From Rhodanobacteraceae bacterium (GTDB taxonomy: Bacteria > Pseudomonadota > Gammaproteobacteria > Xanthomonadales > Rhodanobacteraceae): a stretch of 56,727 bases of DNA. The stretch is from positions 1-56,727 of the forward strand of contig DATIEJ010000171.1 of the NCBI GenBank assembly GCA_035455825.1, in the 5' to 3' direction. Numbering within the stretch: the first letter of the stretch is position 1; the number at the start of each line of letters is the position of its first letter. Of the stretch, positions 54,990-56,727 are shown one piece after another. The translations under genes and the position numbers were made by a program. Under the pieces are notes generated by a model. That model saw only the letters and a list, made by a program, of their open reading frames with translations, made no database searches and was not told the DNA's origin.

Positions 54990-56690
54990 ATGATTATCGT
55001 TGACTGGTTCTTCGCTACGTTGAAACAGTATCCGGAGATCGCGATTTTCCTGACGCTTGGCCTGGGCTACTACTTCGGCAAGTTCACGTTCAAGGGCATC
55101 GGCCTCGGCGCGGTGACGGCCACGCTGCTCGCGGGTGTCCTGATCGGCCAGATCGGGATCACGATCGCGCAGCCGCTCAAGGCGACCGTCTTCCTGATGT
55201 TCCTGTTCGCCGTGGGCTACGCTGTCGGACCGCAGTTCGTCCGTGGCGTGGCCAAGGATGGCCTGCCGCAGGCGGCATTCTCGGCGGTCCAGTGCGTGTT
55301 CAGCCTGCTGGCCGCAGTCGTGATCGCGAAGATTGCCGGCTACGACCTCGGCTACGCAGCAGGCCTCTACTCCGGTTCGCAGACAATCTCCGCCGCGATG
55401 GGCCTGTCGACGGACGCGATCAACCGGCTCGGGCTGGATGCGGACCAGACCAAGGCCATGCTCGATTCGATGCCGATCGCCTACGCCGTGAGCTACATGT
55501 TCGGCACGGTGGGTTCGGCGATCGTCATCGCGGTGCTCGGCCCGAAGCTTCTCGGCATCAATCTCGAAGCGGCGTGCAAGGACTACGAGGAAAAGCAGGG
55601 CGGCGGCACCAAGGAAATCGGCGGAGCCGGCTCGGCCTGGCACCGCTGGGCAATTCGCGCCTACCGCGTTGCGGCCGGTGGCAGAGCCGTCGGCCTGCGT
55701 GCCATCGAGGCCGAGGCGCTCGTGCCCGACGCCCGCGTCTTCATCCTGCGCATCCGCCGCGGCGGGAAGATCGAGGAGGCAGGTGCCGACACGGTCCTGC
55801 GCGAGGGCGACGTCGTCGCGGTAGCCGGCGCGCGCGACGTGCTGGTCAACATCCTTGGAGCGAACGCGACCGAAGTCGAAGACAAGGAACTGCTCGCCGT
55901 CCCGATCGAAGGCGTGGACGTGCTGGTCAGCAGCAAGGAAGTCGACGGCAAGACGCTGGCAGAAATGTCCAAGAGTCCGGCCGCGCGCGGCGTATTCCTG
56001 CGCAAGATCACGCGTGGCGCAACTGCCACGGACATCCCGATCCTGCCGAACACCACGCTGCAGCGCGGCGACCTCGTCACGATCGTCGGCCGCACGCAGG
56101 ACACCAGCGCCGTCACGAAGCTGCTCGGCATTGCCGACCGGCCGACCGACGTCGCCGACGTCGCATTCATCGGCATCTGGATCGTGATGGGTGCGCTGAT
56201 CGGTTCCCTCGTGGTCAAGGTCGGCGGCGCGCCGATAACCCTGTCCACGGCCGGCGGCGCGCTGATTGCCGGAATCGTCGGCGGCTGGCTGCGTTCCGTG
56301 CGCCCGTCGTTCGGACGCATTCCGTCACCGACCGTTTGGTTCATGAACTCGGTCGGCTTGAACATCTTCATCGCGATCGTCGGCATCTCGGCTGGCCCGG
56401 GCTTCGTCAACGGCCTGAAGACACAGGGTGTCGGCCTGTTCCTGTGGGGCGCACTGGCGACGACGGTGCCACTGGTGCTGGGCATGTTCGTTGCGAAGTA
56501 CCTGTTCCGCTTCCACGATGCGTTGACGCTCGGCATCGTTTCCGGTGCGCGCACGACGACGGCATCGCTCGGTCTCGTCTGCGACCAGGCCAAGAGCCAG
56601 GTGCCGGCGCTCGGCTACACAGTCACCTATGCCGTCGGCAATACCCTGCTCACGATCTGGGGCATGGTCATCATCATGCTGATGTCGTGA
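54990..56690 (+). CDS. aspT: Aspartate:alanine exchanger (AAE/AspT) family antiporter with TrkA-C domains
   Basis: [29 protein letters not shown], central TrkA-C-like repeats, [20 protein letters not shown]. Confidence 0.88.
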   Translation: MIIVDWFFATLKQYPEIAIFLTLGLGYYFGKFTFKGIGLGAVTATLLAGVLIGQIGITIAQPLKATVFLMFLFAVGYAVGPQFVRGVAKDGLPQAAFSAVQCVFSLLAAVVIAKIAGYDLGYAAGLYSGSQTISAAMGLSTDAINRLGLDADQTKAMLDSMPIAYAVSYMFGTVGSAIVIAVLGPKLLGINLEAACKDYEEKQGGGTKEIGGAGSAWHRWAIRAYRVAAGGRAVGLRAIEAEALVPDARVFILRIRRGGKIEEAGADTVLREGDVVAVAGARDVLVNILGANATEVEDKELLAVPIEGVDVLVSSKEVDGKTLAEMSKSPAARGVFLRKITRGATATDIPILPNTTLQRGDLVTIVGRTQDTSAVTKLLGIADRPTDVADVAFIGIWIVMGALIGSLVVKVGGAPITLSTAGGALIAGIVGGWLRSVRPSFGRIPSPTVWFMNSVGLNIFIAIVGISAGPGFVNGLKTQGVGLFLWGALATTVPLVLGMFVAKYLFRFHDALTLGIVSGARTTTASLGLVCDQAKSQVPALGYTVTYAVGNTLLTIWGMVIIMLMS

Positions 56691-56727
56691 GCCGCGCCGC
56701 TGCGGTTGTCTGAAACCTTTCAGGAGC

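Noticed and set aside
52055-54991. Long antisense ORFs (also 11562-13769, 4094-5848, 46230-48125, 16146-17879, 1950-3488 and others)
   Set aside because: Shadow frames of high-GC genes with no motifs; the opposite strand carries clear family signatures.

Overview
High-GC proteobacterial chromosomal window (Xanthomonadales/Rhodanobacteraceae-like by gene and repeat content; inference) with about 46 CDSs and no rRNA, tRNA, CRISPR array, transposase or integrase. It has three zones. (1) 1-13.6 kb and 24.5-26.2 kb: DNA-repair genes (LigD, Ku, MerR-HTH/TPR protein, UdgX-like glycosylase, HU, MrfA/MrfB-like helicase-exonuclease pair, Xth, AlkB with an N-terminal QLSLF clamp motif). Three orphan pilus/secretion ATPases (one PilB/GspE, two PilU) are interleaved, each behind a CRP/FNR-type box. 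(2) 13.8-24 kb: signalling block with TonB receptor-YfiR-hybrid kinase, then an RsbRSTX stressosome and two kinases. (3) 27-56.7 kb: envelope/stress island with a patatin beta-barrel, two duplicated DUF2092 + Gly/Asn-rich protein modules, beta-barrels, OmpA, AsmA, a FixJ/FixL-like system, a PLD, an Orn/Lys/Arg-type decarboxylase and an AspT antiporter. The strongest unexplained signal is an 18-bp imperfect palindrome (ATGGGACC-WW-GGTCCMAT) found 7 times, always 22-23 nt before a -10-like hexamer. It defines a probable new regulon. A five-unit array of GGA-loop hairpins after ompA resembles a CsrA/RsmA sponge.
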